From positions 1 through 55,471 of the IMG/VR virus record IMGVR_UViG_3300045970_000148: a DNA stretch of 55,471 bases. The stretch is one strand, 5' to 3'. This document shows positions 44,621-54,987 of the stretch, in pieces (position 1 is the stretch's first letter; each line of letters opens with the position of its first letter). Origin of the DNA: a virus. Its lineage: Duplodnaviria; Caudoviricetes. The notes beneath the pieces were generated by a model, which was not told where the DNA came from, searched no databases, and saw only the letters and a list, made by a program, of their open reading frames with translations. The position numbers and the translations under genes were made by a program.

Positions 44621-46101
44621 CAGCGTGTACGTCCAGCACAAACCACAACAGTCGGTTCAAGGTTGAACGCCGTAAATACAGAACCGTTGATATTCTTAAG
44701 CTTGAACTGCCAGAACGTTGCGCTCATTCCGCGAGGTGGAGAAGATCGCAAGGTATGTGCTGAGGCCAGATCATCAAACAGAATCACATCATCCTCAAAA
44801 GCCAGCTGCTCATTGACAAAGTAATCAACTGCCAACTCACCGCCACATCGAGCCTGAACATAAAGAGCTGGCAGATACTTCTTTTCTTTCTTGCCGAAGT
44901 CGGTTGACGGTGTAAGCACAAATGCGTCAATCTTCTGTGATAATTCAGGAACTCCGGCATAATCGGTATCACCTTCAATCCTGAATACGCCATGACTATT
45001 GGCCCCATAATATTCAGAACCATGCTTGAACAGGCTGGTAAAAGGATAGTTGGTAAAACGGCTGTGAGTCCCCTTGGCCAGATTGAGCACCCATGTTGCA
45101 CTGGCAAAGCCGACAATGTACTGATTGAGCCCGTTGTGCTCTTTGAATAGCGCGGTGCCAGTAGCAACATCAGGCAGCGTTACCTTGTCGGCTGAGAGAT
45201 TAACGGCAGTGCCTCCCGGTAATCCGGCGAAGATACCTACTCGCGTAGACCAGAGAACCGCCATGCCTACCGCTTGCAACTGAGGTATCAGGCCAGCATG
45301 AACTTGAATTGCAGTACCGTAGATTGCTCCATACGGTGTTACCTGCGCTTGAGAGAATCCTGCTTGCAGCTTGCCTTGTTCATCAACGACAATCCCGCCA
45401 CCCTCAAGGAAGTATGTTGCTTTCTCGGTACCCACAAACAGGCCATTGGTGCCATGATGAATCATGGTTACTGGATCAGAAAAACCGGCAACCACGTTGT
45501 AACGGATATCCATCTGTTCAATGTTGTGCGTCTTGGTGGCGTAGACAAAGTTATCAATCGCCAGGTACAGCGTACCGCCAAAATGATGCAGACACTTCCC
45601 GGCCAGAGTCGCCAGCTTGAAAGCATCTACTTCAAAGTTGCTGTTTGACGCAACTCCATTCCATTTGGCCGGATCAGCAGGATAGTGGCTTGCTACCCAT
45701 GCTTCCAGTGAGGCTGCATCTACCCAGTCACTTGCCTTATCAATCCGCGTAACTGTGGCGCCATCAATGATGCCTATCTTCTCGTTATCAGAGAACACAA
45801 CTACATCATTGACCTGCTCAAACTCACACGCAGCCAGCACGGTAAAGGCTGTTGTCAGTGTCGTAACGATCAATCCGTTGAAGGTGCAGAGGTGCCCGCC
45901 AAATACGCAGTAGGTCACATCATCTTTGCTGGTCCAGCAGGAGGTGACATCTCCGGCCACAACCAGATTGAACCCGTCACGTCTGATAGCGTTGTGCTCG
46001 TCGTCAAGGTCACAGTTACAGATATCGACACACTGCCCTTTCTTCGGATCAAAGCTGGCAGGATCAGCCAGAGTATTCATACCTGCAAAAGAAAAGCGCA
46101 T
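44620..46101 (-). CDS. Probable tail nozzle/stabilisation protein
   Basis: F.GMN...N.D.D...RR.G N-terminus; follows the adaptor in a podovirus gene order. Confidence 0.55.
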   Translation of the reverse strand: MRFSFAGMNTLADPASFDPKKGQCVDICNCDLDDEHNAIRRDGFNLVVAGDVTSCWTSKDDVTYCVFGGHLCTFNGLIVTTLTTAFTVLAACEFEQVNDVVVFSDNEKIGIIDGATVTRIDKASDWVDAASLEAWVASHYPADPAKWNGVASNSNFEVDAFKLATLAGKCLHHFGGTLYLAIDNFVYATKTHNIEQMDIRYNVVAGFSDPVTMIHHGTNGLFVGTEKATYFLEGGGIVVDEQGKLQAGFSQAQVTPYGAIYGTAIQVHAGLIPQLQAVGMAVLWSTRVGIFAGLPGGTAVNLSADKVTLPDVATGTALFKEHNGLNQYIVGFASATWVLNLAKGTHSRFTNYPFTSLFKHGSEYYGANSHGVFRIEGDTDYAGVPELSQKIDAFVLTPSTDFGKKEKKYLPALYVQARCGGELAVDYFVNEQLAFEDDVILFDDLASAHTLRSSPPRGMSATFWQFKLKNINGSVFTAFNLEPTVVVCAGRTR

Positions 46102-46102
46102 A

Positions 46103-46786
46103 TCAGAACCTCTCCGGGCGGCATACATACTCTTGGGGATTCATGGCGGCGCGATTCAAGGTGATCTGTTCAATATCCGCATCAAACTGTTTGCCCCATT
46201 TGGCTGACAGGTTCGGGTCATAACCTTCCAGATCCGGCTTGATGTAGAGATACTTCAAAGCACCATGAATCATTTCATCATCCAGCTGTTTTACTTCCGG
46301 TGAGGCTATTATCTCCTTTTCCACCAGTGATAACAGCGGGAGGCGTTTCACCGTCATGGCAACGGTGCCGCCAGTAATAGGTTTACGGTTGAAGCTGACG
46401 ATGTAATCACCAGAATCAACCGTAAAGAATGAGGGTGTACCCTCGGCTTCATCCCAACCGGGATCATGTTGATCCAGCCAGGCGGTAGTTTTGCGTTCAA
46501 GGGGCTTGGTTACACCGGGGAACTTCAAGCGTTCTATGCGCAATATCCGGTCATCAATAACGTAGTCTCTCGGGAATACTCCGTTGACAGCAGCTATCGT
46601 GAGCTGACATATCGCAACAGTCGTTGAGTCGTGCAGCAGAAATAGTTTCTTGCACAGTTCACGTTCTGCTTGAGACAATGACGCGATGATATGTGGTGTT
46701 TTCCAAAGGAACTGCGACTCATGCAATCCTTTCGCATCATCCAGAAACTCAGTCCGTATCCGTTTAACCAGCCCCTCGATATCCAT
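46103..46786 (-). CDS. Probable head-tail adaptor
   Basis: R.EFLDD...FLW...SQAERELC pattern; position. Confidence 0.6.
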   Translation of the reverse strand: MDIEGLVKRIRTEFLDDAKGLHESQFLWKTPHIIASLSQAERELCKKLFLLHDSTTVAICQLTIAAVNGVFPRDYVIDDRILRIERLKFPGVTKPLERKTTAWLDQHDPGWDEAEGTPSFFTVDSGDYIVSFNRKPITGGTVAMTVKRLPLLSLVEKEIIASPEVKQLDDEMIHGALKYLYIKPDLEGYDPNLSAKWGKQFDADIEQITLNRAAMNPQEYVCRPERF

Positions 46787-46789
46787 ACC

Positions 46790-47323
46790 TTACCCCTTGG
46801 CTGCTTCGTAAGCTGCATCACGCTCCGGGCCAGTCACTTCAAAGCCGAGCTTTTCTTTCAGTACTTCCACTTTGGGAGTGCCTGTGCTGGTGAAATCACT
46901 TGGATTGCCGGTGTTCAACAGATCAATGATTGCTGCCTTGATCTGCTCTGTTCTCTCACTGGTTGCAGCAGGAGATGCAGGGGTAGGTGACTTAAGAGCA
47001 AAACCGTCATCATCTGAATCCTGCAAGAGTGTCAAAGGTGGAGTAGCGGGAGTATCAGCTTGAATCAGTGGAGCCCCCGGTGTTTCAACACCAGCCAGAC
47101 GACTCTTAAGGTCAATAATCTGTTCCTCCGTATAAGCGCCACGAGCAATCGCTTCCTGATGAAAGAACAGCGGCACCGTGCGTGGTGTATCGCCAATACG
47201 GCAACCGTGACCGCCATGTTCAGTTGAAAGAGAAATAGGTTCCTGACCGGGAAGTGTGCAGAACTTGGTTTCTTCATTTGTGACCACGGAACTCGGGTCA
47301 AAGGTGTTCGGATTAACTGCCAT
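46790..47323 (-). CDS. Hypothetical head-region protein
   Basis: C-terminal DFTSTGTPKVEVLKEKLGFEVT..ERDAA; GGAGG SD. Confidence 0.6.
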   Translation of the reverse strand: MAVNPNTFDPSSVVTNEETKFCTLPGQEPISLSTEHGGHGCRIGDTPRTVPLFFHQEAIARGAYTEEQIIDLKSRLAGVETPGAPLIQADTPATPPLTLLQDSDDDGFALKSPTPASPAATSERTEQIKAAIIDLLNTGNPSDFTSTGTPKVEVLKEKLGFEVTGPERDAAYEAAKG

Positions 47324-47348
47324 TGGTATATCCTCCGGTTTATGATTC

Positions 47349-47372
47349 AGGGGCGAGAGTAACCCCGCCCCT
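47349..47372 (-). terminator. Hairpin after the decoration gene
   Basis: AGGGGCGGG-gttact-CTCGCCCCT. Confidence 0.45.
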
Positions 47373-47383
47373 GTGTTCTTTGT

Positions 47384-47788
47384 TTACCGCTGAACGAAAT
47401 CAGCGCGGCCAGGTTCGATGTACTCCACAATCAGGTATCCTGCACCAGCAGTAGGAGCAACTCCGGTGAAAGCGGCATTGATTACAATAGTGCGCTCGTT
47501 GGCGGTGTTGTGTACCTTGCCGGTCGGCACCAGCTTGGTCAATGCGGCTGTTTTCGCATCGATAGCCGATTTGAAGCGGTTTGCAGACGACTTGTCGCCT
47601 ACAGTGAGGGTGTTGGTAGTGGAGTTGAATGCTGTGGTGATAACAAGCTCACCATCAGTTACAATCGCACCACTGGGAAGGCCCATTGCTTCCTGGTCAA
47701 TCGGAGTAACCGAGCCAAGATCAGCAAAGGTGAAATCAACCTTTTTTACGGATGGGGACTGTACCCCTGCATCTTTCGTGATCGCCAT
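47384..47788 (-). CDS. Probable capsid decoration protein
   Basis: LPSGAIV...ITTAFNS...LTVGD...IVEY; follows the capsid gene. Confidence 0.6.
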   Translation of the reverse strand: MAITKDAGVQSPSVKKVDFTFADLGSVTPIDQEAMGLPSGAIVTDGELVITTAFNSTTNTLTVGDKSSANRFKSAIDAKTAALTKLVPTGKVHNTANERTIVINAAFTGVAPTAGAGYLIVEYIEPGRADFVQR

Positions 47789-47919
47789 GATCGTAATTCC
47801 TTTCGTGAATGAATTTTTGTTGGCAGGGTTGCGGCGTTAACCGCTGATGCAACCGGGAAAGCATCACCCCGCCATAGGTAAAGGAGCGAGCCTTAAGCCC
47901 GCCCCTCCGGTTTATCCGC

Positions 47920-49038
47920 TTAGAACGGGTCCATGTAGTGATCGACTGCGACCAGTCCGAAGTCCTCAGTGCTCTTGTCGAGGTTGCTGTAGAACTTGGG
48001 CTTGAGCAGGCCGAAGATTTTGCTTGTGTAGATACCCTGCTGGCTATCGTACTCAAACCCTTTCTCTACCCACTTTGGAGCGCCGAGGTCGGAGAAGCCG
48101 AGAGCCTGAGCACCCATAAGCAGAGTACGGCTACCGTTGACAGCGTTACCTGCGCCCCACTTGGCGGAAGCACCATTGGTATTGAATACCAGCGAGTGCT
48201 CCTGAAGGATCAGGCCGTCAACCGTTACGGTACCGCCAGTAAAGAACGGATTCTCATCACCACGTACTCCGCCCTGAATGACGGCGTTTTTGTAATCAGC
48301 ATCGTTCTTAATCATGGCAAGGGTATTGGCGGTGATAAAGACCACGTAATACTCTTTCCCGCCTGCATAAAGAGGCTTGACCATGTGGCTCTTGGCATAC
48401 GCCTTAAGCATCGTCAGCATCTTGTAGGTTGGTCGGTCGGTAGAAGCGATTACAGAAGTATCGCCAGCCTCAAGCTGTCCGGTTGTGCCGTTCCAGCGTC
48501 TCCAGCGTTTTGCAGAAGGAGCGGAAACATACGGGGCAAAGTTCAGCTTGGTAAGCGTATCTTTGGCACGCAACGAACCATCCAGGTTGTAGGCATAGGA
48601 AATGCCGGACGCGGTAAGGAACGCCAGCTGGTCAGCACGAGAAGCAAGCCAGGTGGAGAGCTTGTCTTTTGCTTCGCCACGGAAATCAACGACTGTGTTC
48701 TGATCGGCCAGTTCACCCTCGTTACGAACTGAGTGGTAGATCTCGTCAATCATGATCTCCTGCTGGTAGGACTTCATTTGTTCTTCGGTACCTTCACGCT
48801 TGCCACCGACAGAACCAACGCCGCCATCTTCTACGAGGTCGGCAACCAGAGTCATGATGCACTTGAGGCCGCCGCCTACGGTTTTCTTGAGGTCAGTGAT
48901 TAACTGAATAGGGAAGTTGTCGCCTTTACCGGCGAACTTGGAAAGGATGTAGGACTTCTCGCGCATCTGCGAGAGTACATCGCGGGACCAGATTTTAATC
49001 TGATCGGAGCTGAGTGCTCCAAAATTGGTAACTGCCAT
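47920..49038 (-). CDS. Major capsid protein (N4 gp56-like family)
   Basis: 372 aa, AGGAGG SD, EG.EE, N.FFTG...DG, GAQAL; follows the scaffold gene. Confidence 0.8.
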   Translation of the reverse strand: MAVTNFGALSSDQIKIWSRDVLSQMREKSYILSKFAGKGDNFPIQLITDLKKTVGGGLKCIMTLVADLVEDGGVGSVGGKREGTEEQMKSYQQEIMIDEIYHSVRNEGELADQNTVVDFRGEAKDKLSTWLASRADQLAFLTASGISYAYNLDGSLRAKDTLTKLNFAPYVSAPSAKRWRRWNGTTGQLEAGDTSVIASTDRPTYKMLTMLKAYAKSHMVKPLYAGGKEYYVVFITANTLAMIKNDADYKNAVIQGGVRGDENPFFTGGTVTVDGLILQEHSLVFNTNGASAKWGAGNAVNGSRTLLMGAQALGFSDLGAPKWVEKGFEYDSQQGIYTSKIFGLLKPKFYSNLDKSTEDFGLVAVDHYMDPF

Positions 49039-49101
49039 GACTGAATTCCTCCTGTGAGTTTTGTGTGTCGTTTCGTTTTGACTGCATGGGATTTGTGCGG
49101 A

Positions 49102-49237
49102 TTAACGCCCGGCACATCGGGCGGAAACGACCTCTTCACAGGGGCGTCGGTCACTGGCACAGTATCGCGGTAGCTTGCGAAATGGTTTAACGTCACACTC
49201 AGGACGAAAACGACCGCTTGCAGTGCGTCGGTACTGG
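49102..49237 (-). promoter_or_regulatory. Tandem structured repeat in the capsid leader
   Basis: Two copies (49187-49237, 49102-49157) of CCAGT(G)ACCGACGC...AAG.GGTCGTTTYCGYCC...GRCGTTAA. Confidence 0.55.
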
Positions 49238-49310
49238 TCAGATTGAGTTCTGACTGAACTGTTTGGGGGATGGGCCGGGATCTTCCGGGCATCCTCATCC
49301 CCCTTGCAGG

Positions 49311-50249
49311 TTACAGAATATCTCCGCGTGCTTTTGCGGCTGCTTCTGTCTTACTGAATTCCTTGAACTGTTTCTCTGACATCTTATCGATATTGACAGT
49401 AAATGACTCTTCGCCTTTACCGGGAAGAACAGGAGGTTGTGCAACCGAAGCTGAGGCCGCTGTAGTACGTGCCTGTATATCGCGTGATTGCCGTACCTCA
49501 TCAGCCTTGCTGGTATCAACAGTAGCAGGAGTCTGTGTACCCAGTAGTCGGGCAAACTTTGGCCCTTTCTCCTGAACAGCTGTCTGTAATGCCTCAACCG
49601 GTGTCAGACCAGTGGTAATAAGTTCGGCTGTGCGAGCCCTGACGGCTCCAACTGCATCAACGTCAACATCAGGTGAATCAATATTCAGGAATGGATACTT
49701 CTCGTAAGCGGCTGTAGCGACTGTTTCAAGCGACGATTGCAACGTCTCCTGACTGGCACTCTGCTTGATATTGGTTTCTGCCCTTACGGTAGCAACCTGT
49801 AACAGCAGATCATCAATCTGGTCGCCAAGTACGCTTGCTGCTTCAAGATCACCTTCAAGCTCCAGGTCTTTCTGTTGACGGCGCATCTCCCGTATCTTCT
49901 CGCGTGGATCTTCAACGGTTTGTTGCTGCCCTGCCTGTTCAGTCGTCTCTGTTGCTGGACGCTGTGCGGTCTTGAGTGATTCAAGTTGCGCCTTGAGCGC
50001 CTTGTTTTCCTCGTTTACCTCATTGAAGCGAGCGCGGGGAATAGTTGCATCCGGCTTCTCTTCCGGGTCAACCTTTGCTGCCGGTTCTTCCTTGACGAGC
50101 TTGGCCAGAATGCCAGGGTTGTATTCCGCATCTACACGGACTCCTGCCGCTGTTGGTTCTGGTTCAAAGAAATCGCCTCTATCCTCAACTGCCGGTACTG
50201 CTCCGGGCACCGCTTCCGGTACCGCTACTTCTGTTGCTGATAATGTCAT
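49311..50249 (-). CDS. Capsid scaffolding protein
   Basis: Acidic; IPRARFNEVNEENK coiled coil; before the capsid gene. Confidence 0.75.
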   Translation of the reverse strand: MTLSATEVAVPEAVPGAVPAVEDRGDFFEPEPTAAGVRVDAEYNPGILAKLVKEEPAAKVDPEEKPDATIPRARFNEVNEENKALKAQLESLKTAQRPATETTEQAGQQQTVEDPREKIREMRRQQKDLELEGDLEAASVLGDQIDDLLLQVATVRAETNIKQSASQETLQSSLETVATAAYEKYPFLNIDSPDVDVDAVGAVRARTAELITTGLTPVEALQTAVQEKGPKFARLLGTQTPATVDTSKADEVRQSRDIQARTTAASASVAQPPVLPGKGEESFTVNIDKMSEKQFKEFSKTEAAAKARGDIL

Positions 50250-50288
50250 TGTCCTGCCTCCCGGTTGTGTTGTCTGGACCTTGCGGCC

Positions 50289-50474
50289 CTAATCCTTTTC
50301 GTTGATAAGGCCAGCCATTTCAGACATGCGGCTCTTTATCATTTCATTGAGGCGCTTACGGCGTTCAGGATCTTTCTTGAGTGCCGTTTCGAGCTCTTCC
50401 GCCCGAGACAAACACCTCAGATCATCCTCAGTCTCCCAACGCTTTTCATCGTCCGACATTTTCCCCTTTGCCAT
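50289..50474 (-). CDS. Small hypothetical protein
   Basis: MAKGKMSDDEKRWETEDDLRCL after GGAGG. Confidence 0.6.
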   Translation of the reverse strand: MAKGKMSDDEKRWETEDDLRCLSRAEELETALKKDPERRKRLNEMIKSRMSEMAGLINEKD

Positions 50475-50637
50475 TTCTGACCTCCCGCATTGAATTGGTA
50501 TGCTGCTGTTCATAACTGCCCCCGAAACGACAAAACCCCACACACACGCCGTAATTGACGTATATGCGGGGTCTATTTAATCCTGCACTCAGGTAAAAAG
50601 ATTATCCGCGACTACCGGTATTCAGTTGTTGTACTGG

Positions 50638-50826
50638 TTACAGCGGGTTCATCTCTTCAAGCTTGGTACCGACAAGCCCGCCCTGATTCAAATGCAGGGT
50701 GAGGTTCCCGGTGAACTTGGCAGTAATAATGCCGCATTCCTTGCACAGATCAAGCAGATCAAGTGCTGCTTTGCGCGGGTCTTTAACCGGTATGCGGCGT
50801 ATGTGTTGCGTGGCACTGTTAGCCAT
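50638..50826 (-). CDS. Small hypothetical protein
   Basis: KFTGNLTLHLNQGG; AAGGTG SD. Confidence 0.55.
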   Translation of the reverse strand: MANSATQHIRRIPVKDPRKAALDLLDLCKECGIITAKFTGNLTLHLNQGGLVGTKLEEMNPL

Positions 50827-50837
50827 AAGTCACCTTT

Positions 50838-50861
50838 ATCCGCCGCAATTATGACGGATAG
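50838..50861. promoter_or_regulatory. Palindromic motif, copy 5, overlapping a TTGACA-16-CATAAT promoter (minus strand)
   Basis: atccgccgcaattatgacggatag. Confidence 0.7.
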
Positions 50862-50871
50862 TAAAATGATG

Positions 50872-51150
50872 TCAAGAACTTTTTATTTGTTGCTTGTAGC
50901 GTGAGGCAACGGCCCTGCGCTGGTGTCTGGTTGACCCAGGGTGACGAGCCTTGGCAATCTGCTCTATCTCCTTCATAAAGACTGCTCTGTTGGCTTTCAT
51001 GCGCTGTCTCTGTTCTTCCAGATACGCCTCTTCTTCCTGCTTGCGCTTCACAAAATCGGCATGATCCCTTTTCCGCTTAAGATTCCAGGTGAGAACACCT
51101 GATAAAGCAATGAGTATGGCACCAATGCCGATAGCTATCAGGTTCATCAT
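50872..51150 (-). CDS. Small membrane protein
   Basis: N-terminal TM helix, basic tail. Confidence 0.55.
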   Translation of the reverse strand: MMNLIAIGIGAILIALSGVLTWNLKRKRDHADFVKRKQEEEAYLEEQRQRMKANRAVFMKEIEQIAKARHPGSTRHQRRAVASRYKQQIKSS

Positions 51151-53312
51151 GCCCCACCGCCTTCAATGCCTGTCGTATAGCCATGATCGGCTTGAGGCGG
51201 GAAGTTTGGACTGGTGTTCTGTGGTACCGGTGTACTGATTGGCAGTTGTGGTACCTGCTGAGGTATAACCGGCGCGGCATTATGATCTTCAAAACCAGCT
51301 GACAGCATCAGTTCATCTGCCAGCGGTGCCGCTCCCGGTGTCATAGCCAGAACCTTGGCAGCGTTGACGGCCCCGAACATGCCCTGAATATTCGTGTTGG
51401 TCTTTTCGGCAACCAGCTTGTTGCGCTGTTCAGCCTTAAGATCCACACCGGCCATGATATCCTTGATACGAGCCTCCAGCAGTTTCAGTTGTGCCGCAGC
51501 CGCTCCGTTATCTTCCGGATTAGCCAGACGATCAGCGAGCTGCTGCTTATTGGAGAGGTTTGAAGCCATTACGATTACATCAGCCGGTATCGGAATACCC
51601 GCCTTCTGCATTTCAAGAAGCTGCCGGAACTGAGTATCGGCAAAGGTTGCCGCCAATGGCTGAGAGGTGACAACAACCTCATATTCACCCAGAGTAATAT
51701 CATTGACGATTTGCCCCAGTTCATTCACCTGATTGATAACCAACTCTTCCTCAGTATCGTTGCCCCGGTCGTCAATGCCGATAATCTTGAACATACGCTC
51801 ATTGGTAAAGAACCGCTGGAACAGCTCCATCAGTTTACGAGCCAGCAGAATACGAGTAAACGCCATATTGTCGTGAGCATCAGCCAGTATCAGCTTACTC
51901 TGGTACTGTTTGGATTGAATGGCTATGCCTGATACTTCAGGTGAATTCATCCCCTGTTCAGCGTCAGACATGCCGGTAACGCTCTTAATACCCTCTGCGC
52001 CTACCTGTGACAATCGATCCATGCCTGTGGGGTATTGGTTTGGTTTTATCTTCTCTAAAGGGGCGGTACCAGGCTTACGCATTATCACCAATCCGGTCTT
52101 CATGCCCTTTTCGGCTAAATCGGCAGTTGTCATGTTTGTAAGCTGGCCCTCTTCTCCTTGCCATCCTGAGTTGGCCACGCTGGTTATATAATGAATTGAA
52201 GCAGACAGACTCTTGTTTTCCAATTCCTGCGGACTGATTGCATTGTCAACCATAGCCAGACAGTGACCATAATCGAATAACCAGAAGTAGGGAATGATAT
52301 CAAAGGTCTTGTAGGGGCTCCAATCGTTATGTAGTACAGCAAAGCGAGTAGTCACCATCCAGTAGACTCGCTTGGCGTTCAACTTCTGCAACACCAAACC
52401 GTTCATTGCTGCAAACTCTCGGGCTTGTACCAGTGGCGTCTGGTCCGGTACCGGTTCGGTATCACCGGTCTTTGGATCAACGTAATGCATACAGAGGCTC
52501 ATCTTGTAGTATTGTCGCTCGATAACTCTCAAGCGGACTTCACCGCTGTCTTGACTGCGGAAGTGGTAGACGTTGCCAGCTGCCTTACCGAAACCCTGAC
52601 GATCATCAAGTTCATTCATATGGGCAAACTCCCGGCCCCATGAATCTTCCGTATATTCCGCGTGAGCCTTGTCGGCTGCCATGCGAGACTCACGGCCATA
52701 CATCCCTTCAATCTCATCAAGAGACAACCACGAGATAGTCAGAACATCCGGCCAGGTTGCAGGATCGTACTGGTCAGCATAAGGAGAAAGCACAACTGTC
52801 TCGGGGTTGACGTTCCTGATGTCGATCTCTCCGTTCAGGTTGCCGTTAAAGTCCATACGAGCACGGATAAAGCCGCGCTTTTTAATCAGACCATCTTTAT
52901 ACATCTGCTTTTCAATACGATGATATCCGGTCTTGTTAAGGACATGCATACCCAGTTTGGTCAGATCCTTGGCAATGTTTGCCGTGGCCTGTCCCTTGGC
53001 TGGCTTGTAGGCAATATCGGCACGAGTAGCAATCTGTTCTCCTACCGCCGTTTCAACCGCCGGAAGGATTCCGTTGCGCTCGATACACTTACGTCCCTGA
53101 ACGCTCTCCATGTAGGAACGATCATCATCATTCCACTGCCCGCCATCCCCGGCATAATAGCGATAGTTACGCCGTGCCTTGGCTACATACTCCGTATGGC
53201 CGTTATCGCAGTAAAAGCGGAAACGATCCCACTGCAACTGAATCAGCTGGAAATCTGAAAACAATAACTTGTCGCCTCGATCTTCGCTTGCCATGACTGT
53301 CCCCTTATCCAA
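51147..53312 (-). CDS. Portal protein (P22-like)
   Basis: YYAGDGGQW, PQ.LENK..S, SG.AI, GEYEVVV; after terL. Confidence 0.85.
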   Translation of the reverse strand: MDKGTVMASEDRGDKLLFSDFQLIQLQWDRFRFYCDNGHTEYVAKARRNYRYYAGDGGQWNDDDRSYMESVQGRKCIERNGILPAVETAVGEQIATRADIAYKPAKGQATANIAKDLTKLGMHVLNKTGYHRIEKQMYKDGLIKKRGFIRARMDFNGNLNGEIDIRNVNPETVVLSPYADQYDPATWPDVLTISWLSLDEIEGMYGRESRMAADKAHAEYTEDSWGREFAHMNELDDRQGFGKAAGNVYHFRSQDSGEVRLRVIERQYYKMSLCMHYVDPKTGDTEPVPDQTPLVQAREFAAMNGLVLQKLNAKRVYWMVTTRFAVLHNDWSPYKTFDIIPYFWLFDYGHCLAMVDNAISPQELENKSLSASIHYITSVANSGWQGEEGQLTNMTTADLAEKGMKTGLVIMRKPGTAPLEKIKPNQYPTGMDRLSQVGAEGIKSVTGMSDAEQGMNSPEVSGIAIQSKQYQSKLILADAHDNMAFTRILLARKLMELFQRFFTNERMFKIIGIDDRGNDTEEELVINQVNELGQIVNDITLGEYEVVVTSQPLAATFADTQFRQLLEMQKAGIPIPADVIVMASNLSNKQQLADRLANPEDNGAAAAQLKLLEARIKDIMAGVDLKAEQRNKLVAEKTNTNIQGMFGAVNAAKVLAMTPGAAPLADELMLSAGFEDHNAAPVIPQQVPQLPISTPVPQNTSPNFPPQADHGYTTGIEGGGA

Positions 53313-53526
53313 CAGCTATATGATTTTCTTCGTCTACTACATACAAACGTACACCATCAAACTTCTCGCGTTCACCAACGGCACTGTATCCATCAAGATA
53401 GGCGGTAATGCCTGGCTCTGACATCAACTGACGACGTGTACCAAATCCGATATAGATCCCGGTCGGATTCTTAAGTTGTGCTTTCTTAAAATTGTGCATT
53501 GCTACAAGAATGTCTTTTGAAACCAT
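53305..53526 (-). CDS. Hypothetical protein
   Basis: ORF with SD between terL and portal. Confidence 0.55.
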   Translation of the reverse strand: MVSKDILVAMHNFKKAQLKNPTGIYIGFGTRRQLMSEPGITAYLDGYSAVGEREKFDGVRLYVVDEENHIAVG

Positions 53527-53538
53527 GCCGCACCTTCC

Positions 53539-54987
53539 TTACGAGCACATAGCGCTCTTTTTATGAAAATCCCCAACAATATGTCCCGGCTCCATAACTA
53601 TCGGCTTCGTGATTGCCGCCTGACGGCCCGAACGCCACCAGTACCTTGTGCAGTCCATCAGGTGATCGTTAGTCTTTACTATGGTGCCCTTGCCGTTATC
53701 TGAGCGACGATACAGCCTGAATTCATCAAACCACGGAGCCAGAGACTTGAATACTTTGAGCTTACCGGTAGAGAGGGCTGTCCATACGTCATGGATACCA
53801 GCCTCAACCGCATTATCAGCTATTGAGAGAATCAGCTTTTCATCCTGATACAGATTGATAAGCTTCTCGCCGTCCTTCTGGCTACCGCCACGAGAGGCCG
53901 GATCAATTACGCCCGGAATCCAGTCACCTTTTGCTTTGATACCCGAAGCATGAATAGGCGGTTCAGCCTGACCACGCTTGTAAGCGGAATATAGGTAGCC
54001 CGTCTCCGTCTCTCGGTCTACCGCTCCCCAGATCGCCGCCGTACAGTTCCAGCCAACATCGAAGCCGAATGAACGCGGCCAGTGCGCCGGGATAACAAAG
54101 TCCGGCACCTTGATAAAATCCTCTTCAACAGGGTAGATAGCCCCTGCACCCAATACCGGAACGCCCTTAGAGCGAGCCTCACGTTGATGGGGAGGTAAGG
54201 CGGCATAGAGTTCATCCTTCGTTTTCTTGTCCAGATGCGGTACATCGTCCCAATCAGCCTGAATCGTATAGCGGGTGTGCATTGCATCAGGAAGCTTACC
54301 GCCAGGCATAAAGCGCAGAACGATAGCCGTGATACCTGACAGCGGCGTGAACGTATTCATCACGATGCCGTTACAGGTCATGGTACGCAGCAGCTCTTCG
54401 TCGTACACGTCCTCGGGCGGTTCCTCGTCATTCCAGATAACATGCTTGGCTGTGCCCTGAAACTTTTTACGGCCCTGCTCGTATGACTTGAAACCAAGAA
54501 CAGATACACCGCCAGTAGGAACATGACGAACCATAACCGACTCAAGGCAATTCTTCACGCCATGTGAACGGCGTTCAAAACTGACAATCAAATCACCAGG
54601 TATAAGACCTGTACCCCAACACTCTTCCTTCTCGGGTGGTCCTACCAGCTTTTGCTGAATAATATCCCTGACTGTCTCTGAGGTATCACCAGAGGCCCAT
54701 GCATCAATGGGATGATCGAAGCGCTTACCTTCCCACCACGCCGGATACAAACCTGTCAGGTGGCATACCATCTCATAACCGCCCATGCCCTCGGTCTTAC
54801 CGACGCGGTTTGCTGCAATGGCCCCACGTTCACGGAAGTCTGCACCAGCACGAAAAAAGGCGAGATGCTTCTGATAGAGATCTCGCCGTAGTGGTCCTGT
54901 GTCTGGAAAGTAATCAAAGAAGCGCTTGCGGGACTTGCGCCGTGCAATCTCTTCCTGAATCGCTATGAGTTCCAGATAATTGCTCAT
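53539..54987 (-). CDS. terL: Terminase large subunit (P22-like)
   Basis: AANRVGKT Walker A, WNDEEP Walker B, TFTPL, GFDVG and NDHLMDCTRY nuclease motifs. Confidence 0.93.
   Translation of the reverse strand: MSNYLELIAIQEEIARRKSRKRFFDYFPDTGPLRRDLYQKHLAFFRAGADFRERGAIAANRVGKTEGMGGYEMVCHLTGLYPAWWEGKRFDHPIDAWASGDTSETVRDIIQQKLVGPPEKEECWGTGLIPGDLIVSFERRSHGVKNCLESVMVRHVPTGGVSVLGFKSYEQGRKKFQGTAKHVIWNDEEPPEDVYDEELLRTMTCNGIVMNTFTPLSGITAIVLRFMPGGKLPDAMHTRYTIQADWDDVPHLDKKTKDELYAALPPHQREARSKGVPVLGAGAIYPVEEDFIKVPDFVIPAHWPRSFGFDVGWNCTAAIWGAVDRETETGYLYSAYKRGQAEPPIHASGIKAKGDWIPGVIDPASRGGSQKDGEKLINLYQDEKLILSIADNAVEAGIHDVWTALSTGKLKVFKSLAPWFDEFRLYRRSDNGKGTIVKTNDHLMDCTRYWWRSGRQAAITKPIVMEPGHIVGDFHKKSAMCS

Noticed and set aside
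47938-48732. Long plus-strand ORFs antisense to structural genes (also 36827-37855, 24884-25657, 52662-53258)
   Set aside because: Mirror-frame shadows of clear minus-strand genes, with no motifs.
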